In this document: in pieces, positions 63,336 through 64,000 of the stretch
Layout of the letters: each line of letters starts with the position of its first letter
Numbering within the stretch: the stretch's first letter is position 1
DNA from: a virus
Taxonomy: Duplodnaviria > Caudoviricetes
Direction: 5' to 3' (one strand)
Virus record (IMG/VR): IMGVR_UViG_3300032038_000073
Span: 1,950-65,949 of that record
DNA length: 64,000 nt
Notes under the pieces: generated by a model
The model's database searches: none
What the model was told of the DNA's origin: nothing
The model's input: the letters and a program-made list of their open reading frames with translations, nothing else
Program-made: the position numbers and the translations under genes

Positions 63336-64000
63336 ATGAGGTATGGACTTCCGTACAAGGGGAGCAAGAACCAGATTGCCGAGTGGGTGATCGAAAATCT
63401 GCCAAGTGGCGGTACGTTTGTTGACATGTTCTGCGGTGGGTGTGCCGTCACACATGCTGCGTTGCTGTCTGGACGTTGGGATCGCTACATTATCAACGAC
63501 ATTGACGGACGGATGCCGAAACTCTTTCTTGACGCCATTCACGGCAAATATACGCCTGAAAACTGTTCTGAGTGGATAAGTCGTGAGGAGTTTCACCGGT
63601 GCAAGGATGAAGATGCCTTTGTAGCAATCTGCTGGTCGTTTGCCAATAACGGCGTTGATTACATTTATGGAAAGAATGTCGAGCCGTTCAAAGAAGCACT
63701 TCATTACGCTTGTTTTGTGAACGATACCTCGAAACTTGAGGCGCTTGGTTTCCGTGTGGAGAAAAGTGACAAACCATCGGTGGCTGAGCGAATTGCTGAT
63801 TATCGAAATCAGCTCAACGCAAACACACTTCGCACGGATTTAAACGGCGCAGAAAGGTTAGAAGCTGTTGAACGCCTACAGAGCCTTGCGAGCCTACAGA
63901 GCCTTGCGAGCCTACAGAGCCTTGCGAGCCTACAGAGCCTTGCGAGCCTACAGAGCCTTGCGAGCCTACAGAGCCTTGCGAGCCTACAGAGCCTTGCGAG
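63336..64000 (+). CDS. Dam/D12-class adenine methyltransferase (truncated by window end)
   Basis: LPYKGSKNQIA...VDMFCGGCAV...IINDI. Confidence 0.88.
   Translation, partial: MRYGLPYKGSKNQIAEWVIENLPSGGTFVDMFCGGCAVTHAALLSGRWDRYIINDIDGRMPKLFLDAIHGKYTPENCSEWISREEFHRCKDEDAFVAICWSFANNGVDYIYGKNVEPFKEALHYACFVNDTSKLEALGFRVEKSDKPSVAERIADYRNQLNANTLRTDLNGAERLEAVERLQSLASLQSLASLQSLASLQSLASLQSLASLQSLASLQSLA
63876..64000 (+). repeat. 18-bp in-frame tandem repeat (LQSLAS), at least 6.9 copies
   Basis: CTACAGAGCCTTGCGAGC repeated to the window edge. Confidence 0.97.

Noticed and set aside
127-63704. Many antisense or nested ORFs in the track (for example 13615-14310, 28415-29128, 35613-36455, 41170-42012, 49356-50348, 56341-57024)
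   Set aside because: Shadows of well-supported genes on the other strand or frame; no RBS or recognisable motifs.

Overview
Near-complete, circularly permuted genome of a temperate siphophage, probably infecting a Clostridia/Lachnospiraceae-type host (inferred from Bacillota-style RBSs, sigma-A promoters and a tRNA-Lys attP core). It appears to be the excised form, with an intact attP between the lysin and integrase genes. Order along the window: lytic replication module (initiator with iterons, loader, DnaB) and small accessory genes (1-13.2 kb); a divergent early island with anti-defence-like genes, polar repeats and tRNA-like RNAs (13.2-21.9 kb); terS, dUTPase, a tRNA cluster and terL; portal, head and tail genes, with group I introns carrying homing endonucleases in both the major capsid and tape measure genes; lysin; attP, integrase, a second iteron-bearing initiator, cI and cro; a recombination module; three DNA methyltransferase genes, one out of frame at a G9 tract. 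The most striking element is at 58.7-60.5 kb. A RAMP/Cas7-like gene is followed directly by a ~450-nt non-coding array of 7 units. Each unit is a GGCAGTTNN leader plus 9-12 GGY-NN pentamers (75 pentamers in all, every one within one mismatch of GGY), and a conserved-looking accessory gene follows. This is the architecture of a phage-borne RNA-guided system with a non-contiguous guide code (VIPR-like). All protein family calls come from motif recognition by eye; no database searches were run.
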